Made by a program: the position numbers and the translations under genes. A model generated the notes under the pieces. It did no database searches and was not told where the DNA came from. It saw only the letters and a program-made list of their open reading frames with translations. A stretch of DNA of 34,410 nucleotides, taken from assembly GCA_017853435.1 (NCBI GenBank), contig JAFMJN010000003.1, positions 1-34,410 on the forward strand. The letters run 5' to 3'. Positions 22,575 through 30,701 of this stretch are shown in pieces (the stretch's first letter is position 1; each line of letters begins with the position of its first letter). This DNA is from Planctomycetota bacterium (GTDB lineage Bacteria; Planctomycetota; GCA-002687715; CAIWVZ01).

Positions 22575-24542
22575 ATGCACGGGCAATCACCCATGAACTC
22601 GATCCAGTCAACTGCGTGGCGCGTCATGTTCGCTCTGACGTTGCTCCTCTCGTCGTGCATGTTCGACAACGACAACAACGGGGGGGTGCTTCCGTTCGAA
22701 GCCACGATCAACGCGGTAGACGCGTCGACGGGTTCGGCTCAAGGCATCCTGATCTTCGACTACACGGTCACGGGTGTCCCCGGAACCGTCGTCGACGTGC
22801 TCCCCGAATACACGACGCCCTCTCCGGTCACCGACACGGGCCCCGCGTTGCCGGCCACGGCCGCTCCGTCGGGCTTCGGCCCCGGATTCGCGTCGACGCC
22901 TTTGAACAACATCGTCCTTCCGGCCAGCGGAGCCGCCGTCGGCCGTTTCTGCTGGTACTGGTCGGGCGACCTCGGATTCGTCGGCATCGCCGGCGTCGTC
23001 TTCACGTTGACTCCGGTCAATGCGGGCACGTCGCAGAGCGGTGGTCCCGGCATCACCGGCACGCTCACCTACTCGGGCTCGGCCACGGGTAACGGCGGTT
23101 CCGTCTCCTCCTCGGGCACCGGCACCGGCGGTCGCGCGTCGCACGTCGCCGCGTTCGTCGGCGGCAACGGCCCGCAGGGCAAGGTCGTCGTCGCGGGCGG
23201 CAACACGCCGTTCGGCGTGACCGACACCATCACCCGCTACAACGTCGACGCCGATACGTTCACGCACACCACGGCTTTCACGTCGCAGATGGCGAACCCG
23301 CGCACGGGACACGCCGCCGCGTTCTTCATCGACCCGACCACGCAAGCCACCCGCGTCCTCGTCTGCGGCGGCGCCGCATCCGGGACCGCGACGGCGACGG
23401 CCGACGTCTACGCCTTCACCCCGACGGAACAGGTCACGTCGACCCCGTTCGTCGGTGCGATGACGACGGCGCGTACCCAACACACGGCGACGTGGATCGG
23501 TGGCAACAAGGTCATCATCGTCGGCGGTCTCAACGCTTCGGGCGTCGCGACGGGTTCGATCGAAATCTTCGACCCGACCACGGGCAACTTCACGGCGTCG
23601 ACGGCGACCCTCGCGGCCGCCCGCTTCGAGCACACCGCGACGCTGCTCCCGAACGGCACGATCCTCATCGCCGGCGGCGCGAACTCGGGTCCCACCGAAA
23701 TCTACGACCCGCGCACCGACACCATGGTGTCCACGACCCTCCCCGCATTCGATCGCCGCGGCCACTCGGCCACGCGCCTCACCAACGGCTGGGTGCTCCT
23801 CGCGGGTGGTCTCGTGCTCGGGACCCCCGCCGACGGCGGCTCGTTCACGCCGACGTCGAACGCGGCGATCTTCATGCCGGAACTCGGCACGACGGGCGCG
23901 TTCACGAGCACCGTGCTCTCGATGAACACGAATCGCTCGGCTCACACCGCCACCCTGCTCGGCAACGGCAAGGTGCTCATCGCGGGCGGTGACACGTCGT
24001 CGGGAGAGACCGCTTCGGCGGAAATCTTCCTGCCGGAATCGCTGCTCTTCACCCCGGTCGGATCGCTCGCCACGGCGCGCGCGAAGCACTCGGCGACGAG
24101 TCTCGCGAACGGCACCGTCGTCATCATCGACGGCCAAAACGGCAACGCGACGAACTTCCTGTCGAGCGTCGAGCTGTTCCCGGTGCAGAACCAGATGCCG
24201 GTCGTCACCGGCGTCACTCCGACGGCGACGGCCGGCGGCGTCATGCTCGCCGTGACCATCACCGACGCGGATCAAGACGGCGGCTACGTGGTCATCCGTC
24301 ATGCGGCTGTCGGTTCGTCGAACTACACCCAGACGGTCATCGATCAGCAGACGCCGTCGTCGTCGGTCAATCCGACGAACGCGTCGTACGCGACGATGCG
24401 TGTCCTTCCGGGGACGACCATGTTCCGCGTGCCGTACGCGGCCAACGGCCTCTCGGCCGGCCAACAAGTCACCTTCAAGGTGGACGTCGTCGGCGCGGTG
24501 ATCTCGCCGTCGGCGGGCAGCGTGACCACGACGCTTCCCTGA
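22575..24542 (+). CDS. Kelch-repeat (7-bladed beta-propeller) lipoprotein with flanking beta-rich domains
   Basis: Lipobox LLSS-C. Seven R-x-x-H-x-A-x...GG-type repeats: RASHVAA, RTGHAAA, RTQHTAT, RFEHTAT, RRGHSAT, RSAHTAT, RAKHSAT. Thr/Gly/Ser-rich. GGAG precedes ATG 22575; alternative start at 22593. Confidence 0.88.
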   Translation: MHGQSPMNSIQSTAWRVMFALTLLLSSCMFDNDNNGGVLPFEATINAVDASTGSAQGILIFDYTVTGVPGTVVDVLPEYTTPSPVTDTGPALPATAAPSGFGPGFASTPLNNIVLPASGAAVGRFCWYWSGDLGFVGIAGVVFTLTPVNAGTSQSGGPGITGTLTYSGSATGNGGSVSSSGTGTGGRASHVAAFVGGNGPQGKVVVAGGNTPFGVTDTITRYNVDADTFTHTTAFTSQMANPRTGHAAAFFIDPTTQATRVLVCGGAASGTATATADVYAFTPTEQVTSTPFVGAMTTARTQHTATWIGGNKVIIVGGLNASGVATGSIEIFDPTTGNFTASTATLAAARFEHTATLLPNGTILIAGGANSGPTEIYDPRTDTMVSTTLPAFDRRGHSATRLTNGWVLLAGGLVLGTPADGGSFTPTSNAAIFMPELGTTGAFTSTVLSMNTNRSAHTATLLGNGKVLIAGGDTSSGETASAEIFLPESLLFTPVGSLATARAKHSATSLANGTVVIIDGQNGNATNFLSSVELFPVQNQMPVVTGVTPTATAGGVMLAVTITDADQDGGYVVIRHAAVGSSNYTQTVIDQQTPSSSVNPTNASYATMRVLPGTTMFRVPYAANGLSAGQQVTFKVDVVGAVISPSAGSVTTTLP

Positions 24543-24560
24543 TCGGAACACGTCGCGGCG

Positions 24561-24591
24561 AAAAGCCCGGGGTCAACGCCCCGGGCTTTTT
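24561..24591 (+). terminator. Rho-independent terminator
   Basis: AAAAGCCCGGGG-tcaacg-CCCCGGGCTTTTT directly after the Kelch gene stop. Confidence 0.88.
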
Positions 24592-24622
24592 CATTGGAAC
24601 CGACGTTCGGCGTGCCGCACCC

Positions 24623-24651
24623 TTGCAAGCCGTCGGAACGATCCGCAACAT
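24623..24651 (+). promoter_or_regulatory. Candidate promoter for glyQS (TTGCAA-17 bp-CAACAT)
   Basis: TTGCAA at 24623-24628, 17-bp spacer, CAACAT at 24646-24651, then GGAG and ATG 24672. Confidence 0.45.
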
Positions 24652-24671
24652 CGACCCCATCGGAGTCGTTC

Positions 24672-25994
24672 ATGGCCAGCGAAATCATGGAAAAACTCGT
24701 CGCCCTCTGCAAACGCCGAGGGTTCATCTTCCAGTCGAGCGAGATCTACGGCGGACTCAAGTCCTGCTGGGACTTCGGTCCGCTCGGCGTCGAACTCAAG
24801 CGCAACGTGAAGGAAGCTTGGTGGAAGAGCATGGTTCGCTCGCGTCGCGACGTGGTCGGCATCGACTGCTCGATCCTCATGCACCCGCAGGTGTGGATCA
24901 CGTCGGGACACGTCGCGGGTTTCAACGATCCGATGGTCGATTGCAAACTCTGCAAGGCGCGTTTTCGCGCGGACAAACTTCCCGAATCGGAATGCCCGAA
25001 GGAAAAGGGCAAACGTCCCGGTGAATGCAAGGGCGAACTGACGGAGCCTCGCCAGTTCAACCTCATGTTCAAGACCTTCATGGGGCCGGTCGAAGATTCG
25101 GGTGCCGCGGTCTACCTCCGCCCCGAAACCGCACAGGGCATCTTCGTCAACTTCAAGAACGTCTGCGACACCACCCGCGTGAAACCGCCGTTCGGTATCG
25201 CCCAACAAGGCAAGTCGTTCCGCAACGAAATCGTCACGGAGAACTTCATCTTCCGCTCACGCGAATTCGAGCAGATGGAGATGGAATACTTCGTCCCGCC
25301 CGCGGAAGCGGACACGTGGTACGCCTACTGGCGCCAGTTCCGCTACGACTGGTTCATCGGTCTCGGCATTTCGACCGAGCATCTTCGCCTTCGCGATCAC
25401 GCCGACGACGAACTCGCCCACTACTCGAAGGCGTGCGCCGATCTCGAGTACCTCTACCCGTTCGGCTGGAAGGAACTCGAAGGCGTCGCGAACCGCACCG
25501 ACTTCGACTTGAAGCGCCACTCGGAAGCTTCGGGGCGGGATCTGACGTGGTTCGACGAAGAGTCGAAGTCGCGCTACATCCCTTGGGTGATCGAACCCGC
25601 GGTCGGCGTCGATCGTGCCTGCCTCGCGTTCCTGTGCGAGGCGTACCACGAAGACGTGGTCGAAGGTGAAACGCGCGTCGTGCTGAAGCTCCATCCGAAG
25701 CTCGCTCCCTACAAGCTCGGGATCTTCCCGCTCGTCAAGAAGGACGGTCTTCGCGAACTCGCCCTCGAGATCGAAGACTCCCTCAAGGCGGACTTCACCG
25801 TCTACTACGACGAAGGCGGAGCCATCGGTCGCCGTTACCGTCGTCAGGACGAGATCGGCACGCCGTTCTGCGCGACGATCGACCATCAGACGAAGGAAGA
25901 CGGTACGGTCACGATCCGTGACCGGGACACGCTCGCGCAGCACCGCGTCCACCGCACCGCGCTCGCCGAGTTCCTTCGCGAAAAGACTCGCTGA
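24672..25994 (+). CDS. glyQS: Glycine--tRNA ligase, homodimeric (alpha2) type
   Basis: LCKRRGFIFQSSEIYGG, DFGPLG, YLRPETAQGIF, GKSFRNEI, FRSREFEQME, AHYS, ELEGVANRTDFDL, VIEPAVGVDR and the anticodon domain IGRRYRRQDEIGTPF. Confidence 0.97.
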   Translation: MASEIMEKLVALCKRRGFIFQSSEIYGGLKSCWDFGPLGVELKRNVKEAWWKSMVRSRRDVVGIDCSILMHPQVWITSGHVAGFNDPMVDCKLCKARFRADKLPESECPKEKGKRPGECKGELTEPRQFNLMFKTFMGPVEDSGAAVYLRPETAQGIFVNFKNVCDTTRVKPPFGIAQQGKSFRNEIVTENFIFRSREFEQMEMEYFVPPAEADTWYAYWRQFRYDWFIGLGISTEHLRLRDHADDELAHYSKACADLEYLYPFGWKELEGVANRTDFDLKRHSEASGRDLTWFDEESKSRYIPWVIEPAVGVDRACLAFLCEAYHEDVVEGETRVVLKLHPKLAPYKLGIFPLVKKDGLRELALEIEDSLKADFTVYYDEGGAIGRRYRRQDEIGTPFCATIDHQTKEDGTVTIRDRDTLAQHRVHRTALAEFLREKTR

Positions 25995-26735
25995 TCAGCG
26001 ACGGTCGCGCGCCGCCGCGACGTGGGCCTCGAAGACCTTGAGATTCACGTCGCGGTGCGACGCCAAAAGTTCGGGGTGCCATTGCACTCCGAGAACGAAC
26101 CGATTCGTGTCCACGGCTTCGATCGCTTCCACGACTCCGTCGGTCGCACGCGCGGTGATCTTGAGTCCCGCTCCGAGTCGGTTGACGGCCTGATGGTGGT
26201 ACGTGTTGACGCGCACGCGCGTCGCACCGGCGATCGCGGCGAGCCGCGAATCCGCTTCGATGTCGATGAAGTGGGAAGGTCCTTCTTCGACGTGTTGTTG
26301 GAAGTGCCGGACGATCGGCTTGCCGAACGTCGTGGCCAAATCCTGATGAAGGCTTCCGCCCGCGGCCACGTTGAGCACTTGGCAGCCACGACAGACTCCG
26401 AAGAGCGGTAGGCCGTCCTCCATCGCCTTCTTCGCCAGAAGAAGTTCCGTCGCGTCGCGTACTTGATCGATGGCTTCGAGTTTCGGCGACGGTTCTTCAC
26501 CGTAGTGGACGGGGTCCACGTCGTGCCCTCCCGGAAGCAGCAAACCGTCGAGCATCCCGTACGTCTGCAAGAGCACCTCGGGTTTCGACGAAGGCGGGAT
26601 CATGAGCGGCGTCCCTCCCGCTTCTTCGACCGCTTCGAGATAGGCGATCGGCACGCCGTAGCGGTGGTACGGACGATCCTGATGGAAGAAGGCGATTTTG
26701 CGCGCGGTGATGCCGATCAGCGGACGACGATTCAT
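25995..26735 (-). CDS. Gamma-glutamyl-gamma-aminobutyrate hydrolase family (peptidase C26, PuuD-like) glutamine amidotransferase
   Basis: RPLIGIT, GLLLPGGHDVDP..YG, RD..E, GVCRG.Q (catalytic Cys), NTYHHQAV, GVQWHPE. The true start MNRRPL at 26735 lies inside track ORF 25995..27962. Confidence 0.9.
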   Translation of the reverse strand: MNRRPLIGITARKIAFFHQDRPYHRYGVPIAYLEAVEEAGGTPLMIPPSSKPEVLLQTYGMLDGLLLPGGHDVDPVHYGEEPSPKLEAIDQVRDATELLLAKKAMEDGLPLFGVCRGCQVLNVAAGGSLHQDLATTFGKPIVRHFQQHVEEGPSHFIDIEADSRLAAIAGATRVRVNTYHHQAVNRLGAGLKITARATDGVVEAIEAVDTNRFVLGVQWHPELLASHRDVNLKVFEAHVAAARDRR

Positions 26736-26767
26736 GGACGGCTCCGGCCCCGACGGGGCGGAGGACG

Positions 26768-28285
26768 TTAGCGCGGAGCGGGCGACTTCAGAAACACCGC
26801 GATGTGACGCGGGACGTCGGGATGCGGAGCCCGCGCGACGTCCGCGGATCCGGGAACCGGGTGCCGTCCGGGAATCGCCGTGAGGAGATCGTGGTCGAGC
26901 GGCTCGACCAAACGGAACGTGACCCGCCCACCCGCCGCGAACGCCAGCGGAGCCCGAAGGCGGGCGACGTGGTTCATCGGGACCTCGAGATCGTGCGAGC
27001 CGTGAATCACGAGCATCGGCTGACGCAGCGCGGCAAGTTGTTCGGCCGGATCGAATCCCGCGAGATCGCGAAGAAGGATCCATTCGGGCGGGCACGGAGC
27101 ATCCTTCGGCAGGGCGCGCAAGCGCGCGACCGCGGCGCGCAAATCTTCGACGGCACGTGCGACCCCTTCTTCGCGCTCCCCCGCCGCGTAGAGCCGCGTT
27201 CGCAGTCGTGTCTCGAGGGCCTCGGCGAGAGGCGTCGCGGGCATCCCGACGAGGACGACGCTCGCCACCACGTCGGGCTTGCGGCGCGCGGCTTCGACCG
27301 CGACGACGCCGCCGAATGCGTGGCCGAGCATCGTGACCCGCGTCGTGTCGATCGCGCCCGCCCGCCCGGCCGCCTCCGCCAAAGCGAGAGCGTCGTCGGC
27401 GAGTCCGTCGAGCCCGCGGGGTGCGCCCGTCGATTCGCCCGCCCCGCGCCCGTCGGCACGAATCGTCGCGATACCGAGGGCGGCCAATTGGTCGGCCAAC
27501 GTGGCGAGGACGGGCACGGCGCAATCCGGGCCTTGGCCGTCCCGATCGCGCAGTCCGTAGTCCGGCAACAGAACACAGAGAGGCGACGCCCCCGTCGCGA
27601 TCGGCGGCCGCGAGAGCACCGCGGCGAGTCGAGCGCCGTCCCGCGTGGGAACGTCGAGACGGGATTCGAGCCCCGGCGCGCGACCGGGCCGGGACTCCGC
27701 TCCGCGCCGGACGGTCATGCGCCCCGCCGCACCGGGTAGAACGAGTTTCAGAAGTCCTCCGCCGTCGAACCAGACGGTGAATCCCCCGCCCGAGGCGTCG
27801 GCGAAGCGCGCACCACCGAGACGATCCTCGACGACGACCGTGCGGATTTCTCCCGCGTCGATGTCGAGCGCGCGGAAGGAACGTCGGCTCCGATCGGAAA
27901 GAAGCAGCGCGGCGATCTCCGGTGCGGCGGGATCGAACACGGTGTCGAACGACTGCCCCCACACCATGCGCCGCGCGACGCCGAGCGGCCCGGTCTCACG
28001 GAGCAGCCATCCCGCGGAGTTCGGCGTCACGGAGGTGCGCATCGTCGTATTCGACGCGGGATCGCGGATCTCGCGATCGTAGGCGACGACGGCCCCGCGG
28101 GCGTCCGTTTCCAAAGTCGCGCTCAAAGTCGCCGTCGCGACGGTCCCCCGCAGTCGAACGGCTCGCGGTTCGACGACCGCGGTGACGATTCCGGCGTCCT
28201 TTCCCCCTTCGCGACGCACGAGCTCCTGCGCGACGCACGCGCCGCCCACGAGAAGAAGGAGGAATATCCCGACGACTTGCCGCAT
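26768..28285 (-). CDS. Exported alpha/beta-hydrolase-fold protein with the nucleophile Ser replaced by Ala
   Basis: Signal peptide MRQVVGIFLLLLVGGACVA-Q; N-terminal beta-rich domain; DRDG, GIATIRADGRGAGES, GHAFGG, PMLVIHGSHDLEV, LDHDL. Confidence 0.8.
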   Translation of the reverse strand: MRQVVGIFLLLLVGGACVAQELVRREGGKDAGIVTAVVEPRAVRLRGTVATATLSATLETDARGAVVAYDREIRDPASNTTMRTSVTPNSAGWLLRETGPLGVARRMVWGQSFDTVFDPAAPEIAALLLSDRSRRSFRALDIDAGEIRTVVVEDRLGGARFADASGGGFTVWFDGGGLLKLVLPGAAGRMTVRRGAESRPGRAPGLESRLDVPTRDGARLAAVLSRPPIATGASPLCVLLPDYGLRDRDGQGPDCAVPVLATLADQLAALGIATIRADGRGAGESTGAPRGLDGLADDALALAEAAGRAGAIDTTRVTMLGHAFGGVVAVEAARRKPDVVASVVLVGMPATPLAEALETRLRTRLYAAGEREEGVARAVEDLRAAVARLRALPKDAPCPPEWILLRDLAGFDPAEQLAALRQPMLVIHGSHDLEVPMNHVARLRAPLAFAAGGRVTFRLVEPLDHDLLTAIPGRHPVPGSADVARAPHPDVPRHIAVFLKSPAPR

Positions 28286-28312
28286 GATGGATCGGCGTCC
28301 ATCATACGCTCG

Positions 28313-29080
28313 ATGCGCGGCCTCCTCGTTCTGTTCCTCCTTCTCGCCGCGGCCTGCGAATCCGTGCCGATGAAACCGCGCGACCCGACCTCGGTCGCCA
28401 CCGCGTTGGCGACGTGGGGCGAGGTCCGGGAAATCGAACGCGAGGGGTCTCCGCGCGTCGTCATCATCGCGGACCGCCACCCCATCGGTGCAGGCATCAC
28501 CTTCCTTCCGGAAGGCCATCGGCGCCAACAGAAGGAACAATCGCGTGCCGTCGCGTGGCTCGTCGACAACGGGTACCGATTGATGGGCTGCGAGTTCGCA
28601 AAGGGTCCTTTGCCGACGGACGGACCGGCGGAGGCCCATCGCGCCTCGATCCGGGAGGTCCTCGACGAGGGGGACGACCTCGACCGTTGGAGCCACTTCC
28701 AACCCGTCCGCTACGAGTGGATCCATCGGGGCTCCTTGCGGGTGGTCGGCGTGGAAGATCCCGACCTCTACGCGGCGGACGTTCGCGATCTCGAATCGAT
28801 CCTCGACATTCGTGAATTCCGACGTCGGCGGTCGGGGTCCGAAGGCCCCGACGACGCCACCCTCGACGCCCGGGAGAAGGCCCTCCTCGGCCGCATCCGC
28901 AGTCACGTCGACGCGCGCGGGCGCCTGGCGGCCTCGAACCTGCTCGACGAGGCGGCCCGCACCGGGGCCGAGGCGGTCATCCTCTTCCTCGGGGCGGCCC
29001 ACTGCGGGGCTGCGGCGGGCGAATGCGCGGCCCGCGGGGCGGCCGTGACGGTGTGGTCTCCCGCCAGTCTGCGCCGCTAG
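28313..29080 (+). CDS. Hypothetical lipoprotein, possibly EreA/ChaN/TraB(Tiki)-like fold
   Basis: MRGLLVLFLLLAAA-C lipobox. Motif order IIADRH...GCEF...GVED...R...LFLGAAH resembles that superfamily (inference). Confidence 0.65.
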   Translation: MRGLLVLFLLLAAACESVPMKPRDPTSVATALATWGEVREIEREGSPRVVIIADRHPIGAGITFLPEGHRRQQKEQSRAVAWLVDNGYRLMGCEFAKGPLPTDGPAEAHRASIREVLDEGDDLDRWSHFQPVRYEWIHRGSLRVVGVEDPDLYAADVRDLESILDIREFRRRRSGSEGPDDATLDAREKALLGRIRSHVDARGRLAASNLLDEAARTGAEAVILFLGAAHCGAAAGECAARGAAVTVWSPASLRR

Positions 29081-29102
29081 GCTCGCCTCTGCGGGGCGTT
29101 CC

Positions 29103-29111
29103 TGCTAGGGT
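29103..29111 (+). promoter_or_regulatory. Extended -10 element for rnpB (TG-c-TAGGGT)
   Basis: Ends 5 bp before the predicted P1 5' end of the RNase P RNA. Confidence 0.45.
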
Positions 29112-29116
29112 CGCCC

Positions 29117-29500
29117 TCGGGACGTCCAAGACGACCGCGGCGGGACTTGCGCCCGTCGAGGAAAGTCCGGGCTCCGCAGGGCAGGATGGTGGCTAACGGC
29201 CACCGGCCGCAAGGCCAGGGAAAGTGCCACAGAAAACAAACCGCCGATGGCCGCGCAAGCGGATCAGGCAAGGGTGAAAAGGTGGGGCAAGAGCCCACCG
29301 CCGGGGCGGCGACGTTCCGGGCATGGCAAACCCCATCCGGAGAAAGGCCGAATAGGGCAGGAAGCCGGATTCGTCCGGCGGGACGCGGCCCGCGTCCTTC
29401 GACTGTCGGGTAGGCCGTTCGAGTCCGTCAGCAATGGCGTGTCGAGATGAATGGTCGTCGCCCCCCTCGGGGACAGGACCCGGCTTACACGACATCCCGA
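29117..29500 (+). ncRNA. rnpB: RNase P RNA, bacterial type A
   Basis: Conserved GAGGAAAGTCCGGGCTCC, AGTGCCACAGAAA, GGGTGAAA, GGCAAACCCC and ACAGGACCCGGCTTA. P1 pairing TCGGGAcGTC/GACaTCCCGA defines the ends. Confidence 0.97.
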
Positions 29501-29501
29501 T

Positions 29502-29535
29502 TCGGGGCGGGCGAGGGCCCGCCCCGACTTTTTTT
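29502..29535 (+). terminator. Rho-independent terminator of rnpB
   Basis: TCGGGGCGGGC-gagg-GCCCGCCCCGA followed by C and T7; lies between convergent rnpB and ychF. Confidence 0.88.
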
Positions 29536-29541
29536 CGGGGG

Positions 29542-30654
29542 TCAGACGTTGAAGCGGAAGTGCATCACGTCACCGTCCGCGACGACGTAGGTCTTGCCTT
29601 CGATCCGAAGACGCCCCGCTTCCTTGGCGCCGTGTTCGCCGCCGTACTTCACATAGTCGTCGAAGGCGATGGTTTCCGCACGGATGAACCCGCGTTCGAA
29701 ATCGGTGTGGATGACACCCGCCGCTTGGGGCGCGGTCGCACCCGCGGGAATGGTCCACGCGCGCGCCTCCTTCGGGCCCGCGGTGAAGTAGGTTCGCAAT
29801 CCGAGCAGCGCGTAGCCCTCGCGAATGACTTTCGACAAGCCCGTCTCTTCGAGACCGAGGCTCTTCAAAAACTCCGCGCGATCCTCTTCCGGAAGTTCCG
29901 CGGCCTCCATCTCGATCTTCCCGGAGATCACGAGGCAGCGCGCACCTTCCTTTTCCGCCACGGCCTTCACCGCGGCGACGAGTTTCGGATCCCCGTGCGG
30001 AAGTTGGTCGTCGCGCACGTTGCAGAGATACATGACGGGCTTGCCCGTCAGCAACGCGAGGTCCTTCGTGATGAACTTCGCGAATCCTTCGTCGTCGCGC
30101 CATCCGGGGATGGTGCGTGCGGGAGCTCCGGTGTCGAGATGGGCCTCGAGCATCTCGGCCCAAGCGACTTCCTGCTTCGCCGTCTTCTCCCCCGCTCGAG
30201 CGGCCTTCGCCGAACGATCCTTGCGCGCGCGCACCGTATCGAGATCCTTCAACGCGAGTTCCGTGTCGATCACGGCGATGTCGCGGGCCGGATCCGGACT
30301 TCCGTGGACGTGAATGACGTCCGGGTCCTCGAAACAACGGACCACGTGGGCGATCGCGTCGGTCTCGCGGATATGCGAAAGGAATTGGTTGCCGAGACCT
30401 TCACCCTTGCTCGCACCGGCGACCAATCCGGCGATGTCGACGAACTGCATCAACGTCTCGATGACTTTCGCCGACCCCGCGATGGTCGCGAGTCGATGGA
30501 GGCGCGGGTCGGGCACGGCGACCGTTCCGACGTTGGGCTCGATCGTGCAGAAGGGATAGTTCGCCGCCTGCGCGTTCTGCGTCGCGGTGATCGCATTGAA
30601 GAGAGTCGATTTGCCGACGTTGGGCAACCCGACGATGCCGCACTTGAAACCCAT
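29542..30654 (-). CDS. ychF: Redox-regulated ATPase YchF (Obg-like)
   Basis: [78 protein letters not shown] upstream. Confidence 0.97.
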   Translation of the reverse strand: MGFKCGIVGLPNVGKSTLFNAITATQNAQAANYPFCTIEPNVGTVAVPDPRLHRLATIAGSAKVIETLMQFVDIAGLVAGASKGEGLGNQFLSHIRETDAIAHVVRCFEDPDVIHVHGSPDPARDIAVIDTELALKDLDTVRARKDRSAKAARAGEKTAKQEVAWAEMLEAHLDTGAPARTIPGWRDDEGFAKFITKDLALLTGKPVMYLCNVRDDQLPHGDPKLVAAVKAVAEKEGARCLVISGKIEMEAAELPEEDRAEFLKSLGLEETGLSKVIREGYALLGLRTYFTAGPKEARAWTIPAGATAPQAAGVIHTDFERGFIRAETIAFDDYVKYGGEHGAKEAGRLRIEGKTYVVADGDVMHFRFNV

Positions 30655-30701
30655 GTTGACTCCTCGGAGTCCTCAAAGGTACGTCGTCGAAGGCTCTTCC
30701 C

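Noticed and set aside
22342-22611. N-terminal extensions given by the ORF track (here, and for the ORFs starting at 21, 9880, 14736, 24594, 27962, 29002 and 31454)
   Set aside because: The extensions run through promoters or neighbouring genes. Downstream starts give proper signal peptides or family N-termini.
23130-24180. Periodic nucleotide similarity (e.g. CACACxGCxACx) that might suggest a repeat array
   Set aside because: It is the coding footprint of Kelch repeats. There are no identical direct repeats with unique spacers and no cas genes, so it is not CRISPR.
29077-29495. Several short ORFs on both strands
   Set aside because: They overlap the RNase P RNA, which explains the sequence fully.
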